Positions 1-9,990 of a stretch of 64,000 nt of DNA are shown piece after piece; within the stretch, counting starts at the first letter, position 1; the number at the start of each line of letters is the position of its first letter. This DNA comes from a virus. The notes under the pieces are model-generated. The model was given only the letters and a program-made list of their open reading frames with translations. It was not told the DNA's origin and searched no databases. The position numbers and the translations under genes were made by a program. The stretch spans positions 130,115-194,114 of the IMG/VR virus record IMGVR_UViG_3300022699_000302. One strand, given 5' to 3'.

Positions 1-528
1 AGTCCTGTCTATGCGGTACCGGGAGTAGATTACGGCCCGTTTACGTGGTCGTTAGATGCTGGATCTTTGCCTTCCGGTCTTTCTCTGGATACTGCTGAGA
101 TTGATTTAGATACATCAGTTTCTGGTATCCCCACTACGCCAGGCTCCTATAACTTTACTGTGAAGATCGAAGATTCGGCTTCGGGAAGCGATACTCAGCC
201 CTACCTGGTCCTGATCGGTAACGATCTCGGTATACTGAAGTACAGGGTGTCCTGGGCTCAGGGAGCCGGGGCAACCTGCCGACTCTATGTATCGTTGATC
301 ACAGGAGGTGATCAGGATCCACCACTGGAGCTTGCGAATAGAGGTGATTGGGCACTTTATCAGAACGGCTTTGCTCTAGCCGGACAAGGGACGATGAACA
401 CAGACGGTGAGATCACGTTCCAGTGGACAGAGAATGCACATTTAGAAGGAAGACTTCAGGCTATTATTCTACCCACCGGATCCCTCGGCATTTGTACAAA
501 CTCCCTGGTTTATCCGGCAAACCCATGA
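1..528 (+). CDS. Ig-like (putative Ig/He_PIG-type) virion protein, 5'-truncated
   Basis: Frame 1 is open from base 1 (SPVYAVPGVDYGPFTWSLDAGSLPSGLSL...ISGIPTTPGSYNFTVKIED), the typical putative-Ig repeat pattern. The stop TGA overlaps the next ATG (ATGA). Confidence 0.7.
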   Translation, partial: SPVYAVPGVDYGPFTWSLDAGSLPSGLSLDTAEIDLDTSVSGIPTTPGSYNFTVKIEDSASGSDTQPYLVLIGNDLGILKYRVSWAQGAGATCRLYVSLITGGDQDPPLELANRGDWALYQNGFALAGQGTMNTDGEITFQWTENAHLEGRLQAIILPTGSLGICTNSLVYPANP

Positions 529-1187
529 GAAAACTAAGCCTCGCTATTGTTGTAACAGCTTTGGCCGGCTGTTGCTCGCTCCCTCTTCCGCCACTACCTC
601 ATCCCGAACCACTAGATCTCGAACCCGACGTACAGATCGAGCACTTGGTTGCATCCGACGAAGCCAACGATCATCGCTTCTCGGTTCGAGTGAAATTTTA
701 CGAGTGGACCTCGTATGAACACGTAATCCAAGAAGTCCATCTTCCCGGAGGTTCAACTCTGGTGGAGGTATTTCGTACACCTAACGGGCGACTGGAAAGG
801 TGTCAAAGCGATCACCATCGAACAGACTGGGGCCCCGGTCACATCTACACTGGAACGTATGTGCGTCGCATGTTCGTATATCCTGGTAAGGTAGAAGGTG
901 TTGACTGGACGTCGAAGGGATTCGCTCAGCTACCCCAGAACAAGGACGGTAGTGTAACTACTACCATTGGAGACGGGTTCAACTCCAGCTATCAAGAGAA
1001 CCATGAGACTCGGGGAAGAGTAGTTGAGGCCGATCGTTCAGCGGGTTTCTGGTGGACAATCATCTACGAAAACGGCACAGTTCGAGTGGTAATACCAGAC
1101 CTTCACGAGTACTCCCCAGAAGAGGTCGAGGATGACACAGACGAGGATCTTTCAGTTCCACGCGCCCGAGACGGCGAGGCGGCATAA
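525..1187 (+). CDS. Predicted lipoprotein
   Basis: ATG at 525 (ATGA overlap) gives MRKLSLAIVVTALAGC: basic N-terminus, hydrophobic stretch and lipobox LAGC. The track start at 423 is probably too early. Confidence 0.6.
   Translation: MRKLSLAIVVTALAGCCSLPLPPLPHPEPLDLEPDVQIEHLVASDEANDHRFSVRVKFYEWTSYEHVIQEVHLPGGSTLVEVFRTPNGRLERCQSDHHRTDWGPGHIYTGTYVRRMFVYPGKVEGVDWTSKGFAQLPQNKDGSVTTTIGDGFNSSYQENHETRGRVVEADRSAGFWWTIIYENGTVRVVIPDLHEYSPEEVEDDTDEDLSVPRARDGEAA
645..667. repeat. 23-bp dispersed palindrome, copy 1 (inside CDS)
   Basis: TTGGTTGCATC C GACGAAGCCAA, read as LVASDEAN. Confidence 0.85.
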
Positions 1188-3513
1188 CAAGAAAGTTAGC
1201 AAGGCTTTTGACGTCGGCGTTTACTCGGGGTACTTTCCTCGGGTCAATGCTGGTAACCCGTCTGAGATTGATCTGATTACTGGCTTGGACAGCGTTTCCG
1301 CTGCGATCCAGGAAGAAGGTGTTAGGATCGAAGAGGATGCTGATGTCTTGTCAGCAGTTACGATCTCCACCCCTCATCCCTCGTTGCCCCGCTATGACCT
1401 TGTTGTAGTTGAGTACCAGTACACCACAAACACTGCTGTTTCAGCGGTGTACAAAGTGATCCAAGGATCTGTGGCGCCGACCGCTTCAGATCCTATTCCT
1501 CTTCCCCAGGCCGGATCTTACCAGGTCCCGATCTGCTATGTCCTAGTAGACGCGGGACCTGGTCCGGTAGTCCTCGACCAAGAAGACCTTCTTCCGGTTG
1601 TTCGAGGGCAAGATGTCGCCGCCGCTTCTGAAGTCGGATCTCTTAAGGCCCGTATCGATCCGACCGACACACGTCGGATCTACGTTCATGCTGGCCTGTT
1701 CTACGGCCAGGACGGTCAGACGATCGTCGATTTTAGGGGAGGATACTCCTCAGCTTCGGATCTTATCGATCCTGGCTTGGGCAGCACAAACTACCAAGTT
1801 TTTGCGCTCAACGATGGTGGCGAAGTAGTCCATAGAGGGACCGCCTCAACTTTTGAGACGGTACCGAGTCTGGACAATGAATCGGTACCGCTGGTGGTGG
1901 CTGAGGTACAGAATCCCGCCGGCACCCCTGAGATTAATCGTCTCCGTGATATTCGATCAGCTTTGGTCCGGCGTACAGTCGAGAACGAGGAGATCGAAGA
2001 ATATCGGGATATGCTGGACTCTACGACATTTACCGAGATGCTCGTGGAGCCCTTTACCGATGACGACAACATTGACTTCTCTACGTTGAGCGACGGTGGA
2101 TTAGGTGCTGCTCTGGAAGTGTCGGTTGATACCTCAGACTCTTCTTTGACTTTTGAATTCGACGGCAGTGCTACAGCGGTCAGTGACATCGAGATCGTTC
2201 TAGGGGACCTCTTAGCCGGTGCAGGTCTTAGCGCGATTGAAGATTTTTGTGTAGTGGCTCAGCATGATATCGGTGCGACAGTTCCGTCACTCCAATATGA
2301 TCGAAGCTTTTCCAGCGCAGTAGCCGGGTTCACCGGTACCCCCCGGGATTTGGCCAACAACGCTACATCTACGGTAGAACAGACTGTCTCGACCCCGGCT
2401 AATTTCTTCCTGAAGTTGATCATCCCGGCGTCATTCTTCGTCGCGGGTCCGGCTCAGACCTACAAGATTAGCTCGGTCGGAGTTCTCACCAATACCGATC
2501 CGGAGACCGCGCGTCTGGACTCCGTTCTTGACGACGCCAATGAAGCATTCCAGCAGTCCTTGCGTAACGCTATCGGAAACCCGTTTCAGTTCTGGACCCA
2601 TCCCAACGACACTGAATTCGCGGAGATGACGGATAACGACATCTTCTCGGACACGATTAGTACAGCCTCGGACGACATTACGAACTTTGTTAAACAGTTC
2701 GGACCTGACGGATGGATCACTCCCTGGACTTCTGGCATTTCGGTTACTCCGGTTGTTCGTAGGGTGCCGGCGGGATCGATCTCCCCAAGTGATATTGCCT
2801 CTTTCGACTTAGAGGTGGACCTTCCTCAATCTATTGGTTCTTCCGAAGACGCCCCTCTGGAATATCGAATTCCGTTCCACGAAATCGAGCGGGGAAAAGA
2901 CTACTCGTTCGCCGTAGATGTCGACTCTAGTCTGCCCGATCAACTCGGCGTGCAGATCATTTTCTACAAGAAAACGTTTTCCGGCGCGGGGATCCTGGCT
3001 GTAGAGAATCAGACTGCCGCAGTGTTCAACACAACAGCGTCCCAGAGAATCCTTGTTTCAACTTCCGGGTCATTCCAGACTTCGGCCGAGACGTATGCTA
3101 TTGGATTTCGGTTGGTCTTCCGTTCCTCGACTTCAGCGAATACTACGGTTCTGGCCGGAAGCCCCATGGCAACATCCGGAGGATTCACCTCATCCTTGCC
3201 GTTTGTTCAGCCCGAGAACCCGCTGCTCAAGTCTCAAAGGTATACGTATTTGTCCCACATCCGTTACCTCGGATACGCGACGGAAGGGACTCGGGTCGGG
3301 ACAAGAGTGCCGCATCCCACGATGTATTCGATGCTGGGCACTCTCCGCGCCAGTCTGGTCCAGACACCGAACGCACAGAACTCGTCAAATGTCGGAAATA
3401 TCTCGGTATCAGCAGACGAGAACGAAGTGGAAATCTCTGGGGACGTTTCGAACTCCGGGCCGTTTGTCATCGATGCTTTGGTCCTGAACGAAGTACTTTA
3501 CGAGAGAGTGTAA
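1132..3513 (+). CDS. Baseplate/fibre-attachment structural protein
   Basis: N-terminal 'TPHPSLPRYDLVVV...VIQG...PIPLP...VPICYVLV' is a common phage tail-structural pattern, followed by beta-rich domains. It lies in the tail module. Confidence 0.55.
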   Translation: MTQTRIFQFHAPETARRHNKKVSKAFDVGVYSGYFPRVNAGNPSEIDLITGLDSVSAAIQEEGVRIEEDADVLSAVTISTPHPSLPRYDLVVVEYQYTTNTAVSAVYKVIQGSVAPTASDPIPLPQAGSYQVPICYVLVDAGPGPVVLDQEDLLPVVRGQDVAAASEVGSLKARIDPTDTRRIYVHAGLFYGQDGQTIVDFRGGYSSASDLIDPGLGSTNYQVFALNDGGEVVHRGTASTFETVPSLDNESVPLVVAEVQNPAGTPEINRLRDIRSALVRRTVENEEIEEYRDMLDSTTFTEMLVEPFTDDDNIDFSTLSDGGLGAALEVSVDTSDSSLTFEFDGSATAVSDIEIVLGDLLAGAGLSAIEDFCVVAQHDIGATVPSLQYDRSFSSAVAGFTGTPRDLANNATSTVEQTVSTPANFFLKLIIPASFFVAGPAQTYKISSVGVLTNTDPETARLDSVLDDANEAFQQSLRNAIGNPFQFWTHPNDTEFAEMTDNDIFSDTISTASDDITNFVKQFGPDGWITPWTSGISVTPVVRRVPAGSISPSDIASFDLEVDLPQSIGSSEDAPLEYRIPFHEIERGKDYSFAVDVDSSLPDQLGVQIIFYKKTFSGAGILAVENQTAAVFNTTASQRILVSTSGSFQTSAETYAIGFRLVFRSSTSANTTVLAGSPMATSGGFTSSLPFVQPENPLLKSQRYTYLSHIRYLGYATEGTRVGTRVPHPTMYSMLGTLRASLVQTPNAQNSSNVGNISVSADENEVEISGDVSNSGPFVIDALVLNEVLYERV

Positions 3514-3514
3514 T

Positions 3515-4099
3515 ATGCCGTTTGTTGAAGAAATCCCAGGATCCTCGCAAAGAGCCTTTCGTAAAGACAAGGTTCCTCAGGAGAAGTTCAGGTTCGTCAC
3601 CGCTACTTCGGGCCAACGGTTCACTGCCGAGTTCGGTACATCCGGCAGTACCGCCATCAACGCCGGTATTGGTACGATCACCCTTCCGTTCGAGTACTTT
3701 GTTGGACAGAAGCAGGTTCAGGTGTTCCTGATCACTCCCGGTACTGCGACCCGAACTCCGTTGATCAATGAGACCGATTATCTGCAGGCCATCGCCGATG
3801 GTGATGTTGCGACAGGCTTGGGTGGTTCTGGGTATGTCTTCAGAGAAATTACCAAAAATACTGTGGAGGTCGAGAACCTCGCTGGTGCCATCACTACCGA
3901 GATCTTCGAGGTCTTTGTGCCTCATACTTCAGTTCCCGGAGCTAATGAGAACCGTGTAGTGGTCAACGATCAGCCCGACGATATCGCGATTCAGCTGAAG
4001 GGCAACGGGGACGGTTTTGAGATGGTGGCTCCTGGCGGAATTGTCTACATCGTCTCAATCGGTGATGGCGGTGTGCTCAACGTAAGGCAGAAGCTCTAA
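3515..4099 (+). CDS. Tail-module structural protein (hypothetical)
   Basis: 194-aa beta-rich ORF translationally coupled to its neighbours. Confidence 0.5.
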   Translation: MPFVEEIPGSSQRAFRKDKVPQEKFRFVTATSGQRFTAEFGTSGSTAINAGIGTITLPFEYFVGQKQVQVFLITPGTATRTPLINETDYLQAIADGDVATGLGGSGYVFREITKNTVEVENLAGAITTEIFEVFVPHTSVPGANENRVVVNDQPDDIAIQLKGNGDGFEMVAPGGIVYIVSIGDGGVLNVRQKL

Positions 4100-5280
4100 T
4101 GACCCAGACTCTGGACGGAAATTCCATCCCGAACCTCTTGATCAACGGAGGTTTTGAAGAAGAGACCCCAGACGGGCTCGACCCGGTTTGTTGGTCGATT
4201 CGGGACGCGAGGGCTACGTCCTCGATCACGCTAGCTGCTGAGGATAGCTGCCCCAATAATGTGTCCATGATCTCTAGTGGTGATTCCCAGGGTAATTTCT
4301 GGACGCGAGTGACCCAACCACAGCGCTACCCCGGCCTGCGTAATTTCATGAGGGTTGCCGTCAATAAAACCTCGACACCTGTTGAGATGTTTTATGACCT
4401 GTTTTTGACACGGTTGGCTTCGACTATTGCTCGAGACACCTCGCCGCTTCCCGAGAATTACGACTACACCACGGCCACGACGACTGCTTTCTTCAATCAA
4501 TATCGAGGACTTCCTGGGCGAACCGGTAATATCAATAACGCGGGTCCCGACCTTCTCGGCAAAGTCGTAACGATCGCTTTCTCGTATTTCGTTGAAGAGG
4601 GTTCTGGCCAGATCGAGCTATTTCATGAGTTTGCCGATGAGTCTCTGGGTAACATCGAAGAATTCGGTCCTGACCCTACTGCCGCCACCACTGGTAAAGT
4701 CGTGGTGAACAACGCGATTAAGTCTAATGCCTGGAAAAGGGTTGGTCAGGTTTTCCAAATCCCGTCGGCCCGAGCTGTCCATACATTTCCCTCTGGTCCT
4801 TCTGTCTCACAAGAAGACACACTGAGAGGCTTGAATCTGCGGCTGACGCGAACTTCGGAATCTGATGCATTCATCGTATACATTACAGCTGTAGCGATGG
4901 TCCACGGGGACTATGGGCTGCCTGACGGTGTGCCTTACAACGGCGATCTGTCCTATATCTTGGACCCCCGTAATATCGTCCGTCCTAGCTTTGGAGAAAC
5001 ACCCCCACCGGGGTTCCGGCCGTTTACTGATCTAGTAGGATCAGATGTCTTATTGCGGTTCCCTTCTGGAATCACAACGGATCCGACGCCCCTGCAGCTT
5101 GATGGTGAAGAGACTCACATACACGAGCTCTCGGGAAGAGGCGGAGTATCGAGTAAGAAGAGAGCCGGCGGAAGCGGAGATGCTGGAGCCAGAACGAGAG
5201 AGCACGTAGACGAGCACGAAGTTTCTGAGGCACTGAATGCGCCGACTTCACGATCAGCGTATCTAACGATCAAACTGTAG
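4099..5280 (+). CDS. Short fibre/baseplate paralog 1 (CBM-like N-terminus, collar, HxH tip)
   Basis: NLLINGGFE start, PPPGF collar-like motif, ETHIH near the C-terminus. Confidence 0.6.
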   Translation: MTQTLDGNSIPNLLINGGFEEETPDGLDPVCWSIRDARATSSITLAAEDSCPNNVSMISSGDSQGNFWTRVTQPQRYPGLRNFMRVAVNKTSTPVEMFYDLFLTRLASTIARDTSPLPENYDYTTATTTAFFNQYRGLPGRTGNINNAGPDLLGKVVTIAFSYFVEEGSGQIELFHEFADESLGNIEEFGPDPTAATTGKVVVNNAIKSNAWKRVGQVFQIPSARAVHTFPSGPSVSQEDTLRGLNLRLTRTSESDAFIVYITAVAMVHGDYGLPDGVPYNGDLSYILDPRNIVRPSFGETPPPGFRPFTDLVGSDVLLRFPSGITTDPTPLQLDGEETHIHELSGRGGVSSKKRAGGSGDAGARTREHVDEHEVSEALNAPTSRSAYLTIKL

Positions 5281-5282
5281 AT

Positions 5283-7433
5283 ATGGGTGTAATTCCCGAC
5301 ATTGTCTCTCAGCTCAACCTGGTCCGGAACGGGGACTTCAGGCACTATGTCAATACGGACACTTCGCCCGCCCCAGGAGCCACGGTGTGGCCTCCTCTAA
5401 TCGCGCATTGGGAACTGTCTTTATCGGCAACCCCGCTTGCATCTACGGTGACGGATCAGGTCGTTGTGGGAGAACAGGAGCCCAAGAGGTACCTGGAGCT
5501 GCAGACCGGAGAAATCTTATCTCAGCGAATCATCTCAACAGACGTATTCCAGAGGCCGTCGGTACGGGAGAATGAGTGCTCTATTTCGAGTCTGGGCGTT
5601 GGTAACCAAATCACAGTGACAGCCACTGCTCCATTTTTCATCAATGATGAGCCGGCCCCCGCTCCCCTTTCTGCAATCTCGGTCTCCATGAATGTCGGCG
5701 ATCTCGTCCAAGTCGCTAATTTCACTGATTCTGATGGATCGGGCACGTATCGGGTGGTCTCAGTGACTTCCGATACTGTGGCGATCCTCGAACCGGTTAC
5801 TGTCCCTGACCCATCGGTCAATGCTGTTGGTCATGTCCTCAACGTGATCCGTACGCTCGATACCCACTTGATCGATCTGACCTTGGTCTACTCGATTCCG
5901 TCGGGCCAACCCGATACAGCTGTCACCCCCTCTATCGAGTTGATCCGTGAACTTCCCATGGCTGCTGACGCGGTCGGACCGATCACAATCGCCGGCGGTA
6001 ATACCTATGACTCTGTCATTAACCCTGGCGGCATCACCAAGCAAATGATTCATCGATTCGTTATCGAGCGTCCCCGGAAGCCTCGATACATCAACCTCAA
6101 GTTGCGTGAAACAGGCTTGGGCAGCATCGATATCGGAGATGTGGGATTGTTCATCGGCAATTACCACATGCCGGTTACAACGACTTTTCCTGTGCCTTCC
6201 GGCACGGTTCAGGATGCAATGCCTGTTCCACCCGATCATTTGCATCTATTGACTGGTCGGGGGGACCTGATCCTCATGAGGGCGGGATCCCAGGCGCCTG
6301 AAGGCTACAAGAAGCTCAAGGAAGAGATAGCCTTCCAGAACGCTGTAGTCACCATTACTTACGACGCTGTATCCGATCTTTCCGAGATTACTGTTACGGA
6401 CTGGCAAGTTCCTCCTGACCTTCTGTCGGGAACTTTCGAGATTGTATTCGAGGATAGTCCTGCGGCCCCTGGCAACCCCGGCCCCCTCGACATGTCGATT
6501 CGTATGTCGGACGTCGAGTTTTCCGATGGCCGAATTGGTGGGGCCGAGATCGACCTTGCCGGCTTAACTGCTGGTGAAACCGTTGAGATCGGATACCCGC
6601 CGTTCCCTAATACGGTGACTCTCACTGAAGGGATAGACTTCACCGATGCAGCGACCCTAGCAGCCGCGATCAATACGGATACGAATCTGAGCCCTGTTAT
6701 CGTAGCAACAGCCGTGGGCACAGTAGTAGAGATTAGAACTGTTACAGCTGGTTGGACTAATGCCCAGCTCGTTACAGAGGGTTATTCCGTGGCAGACACG
6801 GTTACCGGTGCTGACTGGGAAAAGATCGGCGGCGGTGCCTTATCTCCGGGGGGTCATCTCAACATCCCGACAGGTAACCCGACTTCAGCGTTGTTCAATG
6901 TCCGGGGAGACCACTCTCCTCGTTCCGGCTCATCGGCTCTAGTAGTAGCGACTGCCCCGCTTCTCTCTAACGCGTCTTCGCAGGCCGGCGACCTAGAAAA
7001 ACCATCGAAGCGAGGTACTGATGCAGTGGCTCTCGCCGCTGATCAACTCGAGCTCGATACGGCAGGTGTGGAGCTCAATGATATCCTGACCTTCACAACG
7101 GAAGACGGGGACCCTTTAGCTCCCTCAGGTGGTCAGGGGCCGACATATCAGATCACATCTGTGAATATCGAGGAAAACGAGGTCGTAGTACAAGACATCA
7201 CCGGGGGTTCTACTGATGTTACGGTGTATGCCACCACCGTGAACAACTATTATGTGATCGAAAAGTCATCAGCTAAGCACAGCCACTACGGCAGCAAAGC
7301 TGACATTGATGAGCGAGAGCTAGACTCCGGTGGTGCGAATTCCAATACTGGTCGTGGTAACCACGGTCACGAATTCTACGCGGACGACGCCATTCCGCCG
7401 TACCGTAAGTTCATCATCTGTGAGAAGTTGTAA
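5283..7433 (+). CDS. Short fibre/baseplate paralog 2, carrying an inserted domain shared with the sheath
   Basis: NLVRNGDF start, APEGYK collar, KHSH and NHGH motifs, ends FIICEKL. Confidence 0.6.
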   Translation: MGVIPDIVSQLNLVRNGDFRHYVNTDTSPAPGATVWPPLIAHWELSLSATPLASTVTDQVVVGEQEPKRYLELQTGEILSQRIISTDVFQRPSVRENECSISSLGVGNQITVTATAPFFINDEPAPAPLSAISVSMNVGDLVQVANFTDSDGSGTYRVVSVTSDTVAILEPVTVPDPSVNAVGHVLNVIRTLDTHLIDLTLVYSIPSGQPDTAVTPSIELIRELPMAADAVGPITIAGGNTYDSVINPGGITKQMIHRFVIERPRKPRYINLKLRETGLGSIDIGDVGLFIGNYHMPVTTTFPVPSGTVQDAMPVPPDHLHLLTGRGDLILMRAGSQAPEGYKKLKEEIAFQNAVVTITYDAVSDLSEITVTDWQVPPDLLSGTFEIVFEDSPAAPGNPGPLDMSIRMSDVEFSDGRIGGAEIDLAGLTAGETVEIGYPPFPNTVTLTEGIDFTDAATLAAAINTDTNLSPVIVATAVGTVVEIRTVTAGWTNAQLVTEGYSVADTVTGADWEKIGGGALSPGGHLNIPTGNPTSALFNVRGDHSPRSGSSALVVATAPLLSNASSQAGDLEKPSKRGTDAVALAADQLELDTAGVELNDILTFTTEDGDPLAPSGGQGPTYQITSVNIEENEVVVQDITGGSTDVTVYATTVNNYYVIEKSSAKHSHYGSKADIDERELDSGGANSNTGRGNHGHEFYADDAIPPYRKFIICEKL

Positions 7434-8449
7434 TGGCTCTGGGATCTTCAGCTGCGGGTGCGGGGCTCGGCCACGCGATCAACTGGCTGCGTAACGGCAG
7501 CCTGAACCGCATATTCCGGGGCGTCAGCTATACCACGTACGACGATGCACCAATTACCGATCAGCCTGCTAGTGATTACGCTTTCCAAGTCACAGATGAC
7601 GGTGGTGCAGGGGTTTACGACCCCTTCCCCTCATTGACTCTCGACGTTGGTGGAGACGCACCAACCGAGTCTCTTATGGCGAACTGGAGCATTTCTGGTG
7701 CCCAGGGGCAATTTGTTACTGAACCTCGAGATCCCGTTTCAGGAGAACGAGTAACAGGATTTGCAGGTACTTCTCCAGTCCGGTTCACTTTCCTTGAAAC
7801 TGGAGAGGTTGTTCTCGAACAATCGATCGACCCTTTCTCTCATCTACTAGATCGAGCTGCAACTCTGTTCATGTTTTTGGGAAAAGATGCGGGGTCGGTA
7901 AACGCTAAGCTACAGATCGATTACGGCACTCGAGTCGATGAGTCAATCAATGTCCCCAGCTCTGCGTACGGAGCCGGCGGGAATCTCCGACTCAATGTCA
8001 CACCACCTTACGATGCAACTCAGTTTGTTGTGAAAGTCACCTTGAGCGGGAATTCGAACAACTCGTTGTATCTCGGTCAGATGGGCCTTTATCTCGGTAA
8101 CTACAGCACAGTCCGCTTTGTCGACGATATTACAGAGCAGGGTCGACCTCGAGGTGAGTGTGCTTTCTATTGGGGGTATCCCGCACCTCCCGGATATCGA
8201 ACCATTTGTGAGGAAGACAATCTTCTCGTTTTCCATTCTACCGGAGATGCTCAAGTCGATGGTTTTGTCGAAGATCCCGTCGGAGGAGAGCGCGAACACA
8301 ACCATGGTGGCCGCACTAAAGTGGCGGACTCGGCTGACAACCCTAAGAAGGACGGCAAATTCGTCTTAGCGAAGAACCACTACCACTTTGTAGCACCTGC
8401 TGAGATGAATCCGCTCAACTTCAAGATCCTCATTGTCGAACGAATCTAG
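7433..8449 (+). CDS. Short fibre/baseplate paralog 3
   Basis: NWLRNGS start, APPGY collar, EHNH and NHYH motifs, ends ILIVERI. Confidence 0.6.
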   Translation: MALGSSAAGAGLGHAINWLRNGSLNRIFRGVSYTTYDDAPITDQPASDYAFQVTDDGGAGVYDPFPSLTLDVGGDAPTESLMANWSISGAQGQFVTEPRDPVSGERVTGFAGTSPVRFTFLETGEVVLEQSIDPFSHLLDRAATLFMFLGKDAGSVNAKLQIDYGTRVDESINVPSSAYGAGGNLRLNVTPPYDATQFVVKVTLSGNSNNSLYLGQMGLYLGNYSTVRFVDDITEQGRPRGECAFYWGYPAPPGYRTICEEDNLLVFHSTGDAQVDGFVEDPVGGEREHNHGGRTKVADSADNPKKDGKFVLAKNHYHFVAPAEMNPLNFKILIVERI

Positions 8450-8465
8450 CCTAAAAGAAAAGGAC

Positions 8466-8488
8466 TTGGTTGCATCGGATGAAACCAA
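8466..8488. repeat. 23-bp dispersed palindrome, copy 2 (intergenic)
   Basis: TTGGTTGCATC G GATGAAACCAA, extended by AC/GT flanks to 27 bp. Confidence 0.9.
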
Positions 8489-8490
8489 GT

Positions 8491-8519
8491 AAAAAAGGGG
8501 TGGGGCCCCGAAGGGCCCC
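8491..8519 (-). terminator. Intrinsic terminator
   Basis: Minus strand GGGGCCC-TTCG-GGGCCCC (UUCG tetraloop) followed by ACCCCTTTTTT. Confidence 0.75.
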
Positions 8520-8614
8520 CGGTGCGGCAGCTATCGCTACCTGCTGCTCCTGATGATCGTTAGATCGGTCATCCCCCTTACGGAATTGTCCCGCGAGATA
8601 ATTTCCACTCATCT

Positions 8615-8623
8615 TCTTAGGCC
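8615..8623 (-). promoter_or_regulatory. GGCCTAAGA promoter-like motif, copy 1
   Basis: Identical 9-mer also at 31893 and 33453, all intergenic and all on the minus strand. Confidence 0.55.
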
Positions 8624-8662
8624 GCATCTATCGCCCATACTGGATGTACGGAGGATCAGCGG

Positions 8663-9979
8663 ATGGCGATGAAAGTTATAACTCGGTCCCTACCCCGAGC
8701 ATATGTAGGTGAGCCCTACAGTGCTCGTCTTGATGTTGTGGACGGTGTCGAGCCATACACCTGGGCTCTGGACGGGGCGTCTGATCCCCTACCTACTGGA
8801 CTGACGCTCAATGCCGATGGAACAATTACCGGCACGCCTACCGCCGCTCCCGATACCTATACCAACTTGATTTTCGAGGCTACGGACGGAGTTCCCTCTA
8901 CCGCAACGACCAACCCTCTCTCTATTGAAGTAGAGCCCGGTGTTTACAAGCGTGCCGGCGCTTACCTCATGGAGCCTAACGTCAATGAAACGATTGATCG
9001 GGTTCAGGGCGACGGTGATCAGGTAAGTCGATTCGAGTTTATGCGCCATTTCCATCGCAGCCGCGATGTAGCTAGTGGTGAGCCTGACTACTTGCAGGCT
9101 CTCCAGTTCCTTCACGACGGGAGTGACTTGCAAGCCACAGCACTCCCTTCAGGATTTACTGCCGGTCAGTCCATCAATGCAGCGTTGATCTACCTGGACG
9201 GCCTTATTACAACCATCGATCCGCCATTCACTGTCCTGCCTGATCCCAGTGGGGATACTACTGGAGCCACGGATGCTGCTGCACTTAACGCCGTTTGGGG
9301 AGACGCTTCCACTAAAGAGTGGTTAGTGATTCCTCCTAGTTGTGACGCCGCGAACCCCTACTACATCGACGCGGACATAACTAATGGAGGGATCAAAGGA
9401 TTTATGCTGACTGCAGCTAACGTGAAGCAAGATTTTCATTTCCTCGACTCAATTTCTTCTCCGCATACCCCCGGTACTCCTCGGGAAATTCGGGAGATCA
9501 ATCAGATGCATGGCGTGGGTATGGGATTAGGTGTTCGGCCCATGCCTTTCTCCACGATGATTGAAATCGTGAATTCAGTGGTGGAGATTGAACAGTACGA
9601 CCTTCTTCCCGGAGATATAGGATATATTCGAGAAAGCGAGATTCGCATTGCTGACGAGACGGCTCGCATCTCTTCGGCAGCATCGCAGGTTTCTCTGTTC
9701 GAAAACGATATCTTATTTACCGGGTCCGCCAATAACGCCCAGAATGCTCTGACGATGGGAGCAGTCGCTAATTCAACGGTGAGGATCTCGAGTAATTGGA
9801 TTAATGGGGACCTCGGAGGGTCCGCCACAATTTTTGATTTTTCCGCCGGTGTTGCAACAGCATTAGTGGCGGTAGGCCCTAATACATTCAGGGATACGAC
9901 AGGAACGGGTACTTACACCGCTGTCAATACGGCCGGATTTGCAGGCGGAACTGCTGTTAGCCCCCAGGCTACGATATAA
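8663..9979 (+). CDS. Ig-like (He_PIG) plus putative beta-helix virion protein
   Basis: LPRAYVGEPYSARL...PLPTGLTLNADGTITGTPT Ig pattern; Asn/Ile-rich repeats at the C-terminus. Confidence 0.65.
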   Translation: MAMKVITRSLPRAYVGEPYSARLDVVDGVEPYTWALDGASDPLPTGLTLNADGTITGTPTAAPDTYTNLIFEATDGVPSTATTNPLSIEVEPGVYKRAGAYLMEPNVNETIDRVQGDGDQVSRFEFMRHFHRSRDVASGEPDYLQALQFLHDGSDLQATALPSGFTAGQSINAALIYLDGLITTIDPPFTVLPDPSGDTTGATDAAALNAVWGDASTKEWLVIPPSCDAANPYYIDADITNGGIKGFMLTAANVKQDFHFLDSISSPHTPGTPREIREINQMHGVGMGLGVRPMPFSTMIEIVNSVVEIEQYDLLPGDIGYIRESEIRIADETARISSAASQVSLFENDILFTGSANNAQNALTMGAVANSTVRISSNWINGDLGGSATIFDFSAGVATALVAVGPNTFRDTTGTGTYTAVNTAGFAGGTAVSPQATI

Positions 9980-9990
9980 GGGAGGCTATA

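Noticed and set aside
7485-7502. GGCTGC-GTAACG-GCAGCC as an eighth palindrome copy
   Set aside because: The spacer is 6 rather than 7 nt between these hexamers, and the invariant TTGG/CCAA ends are missing.
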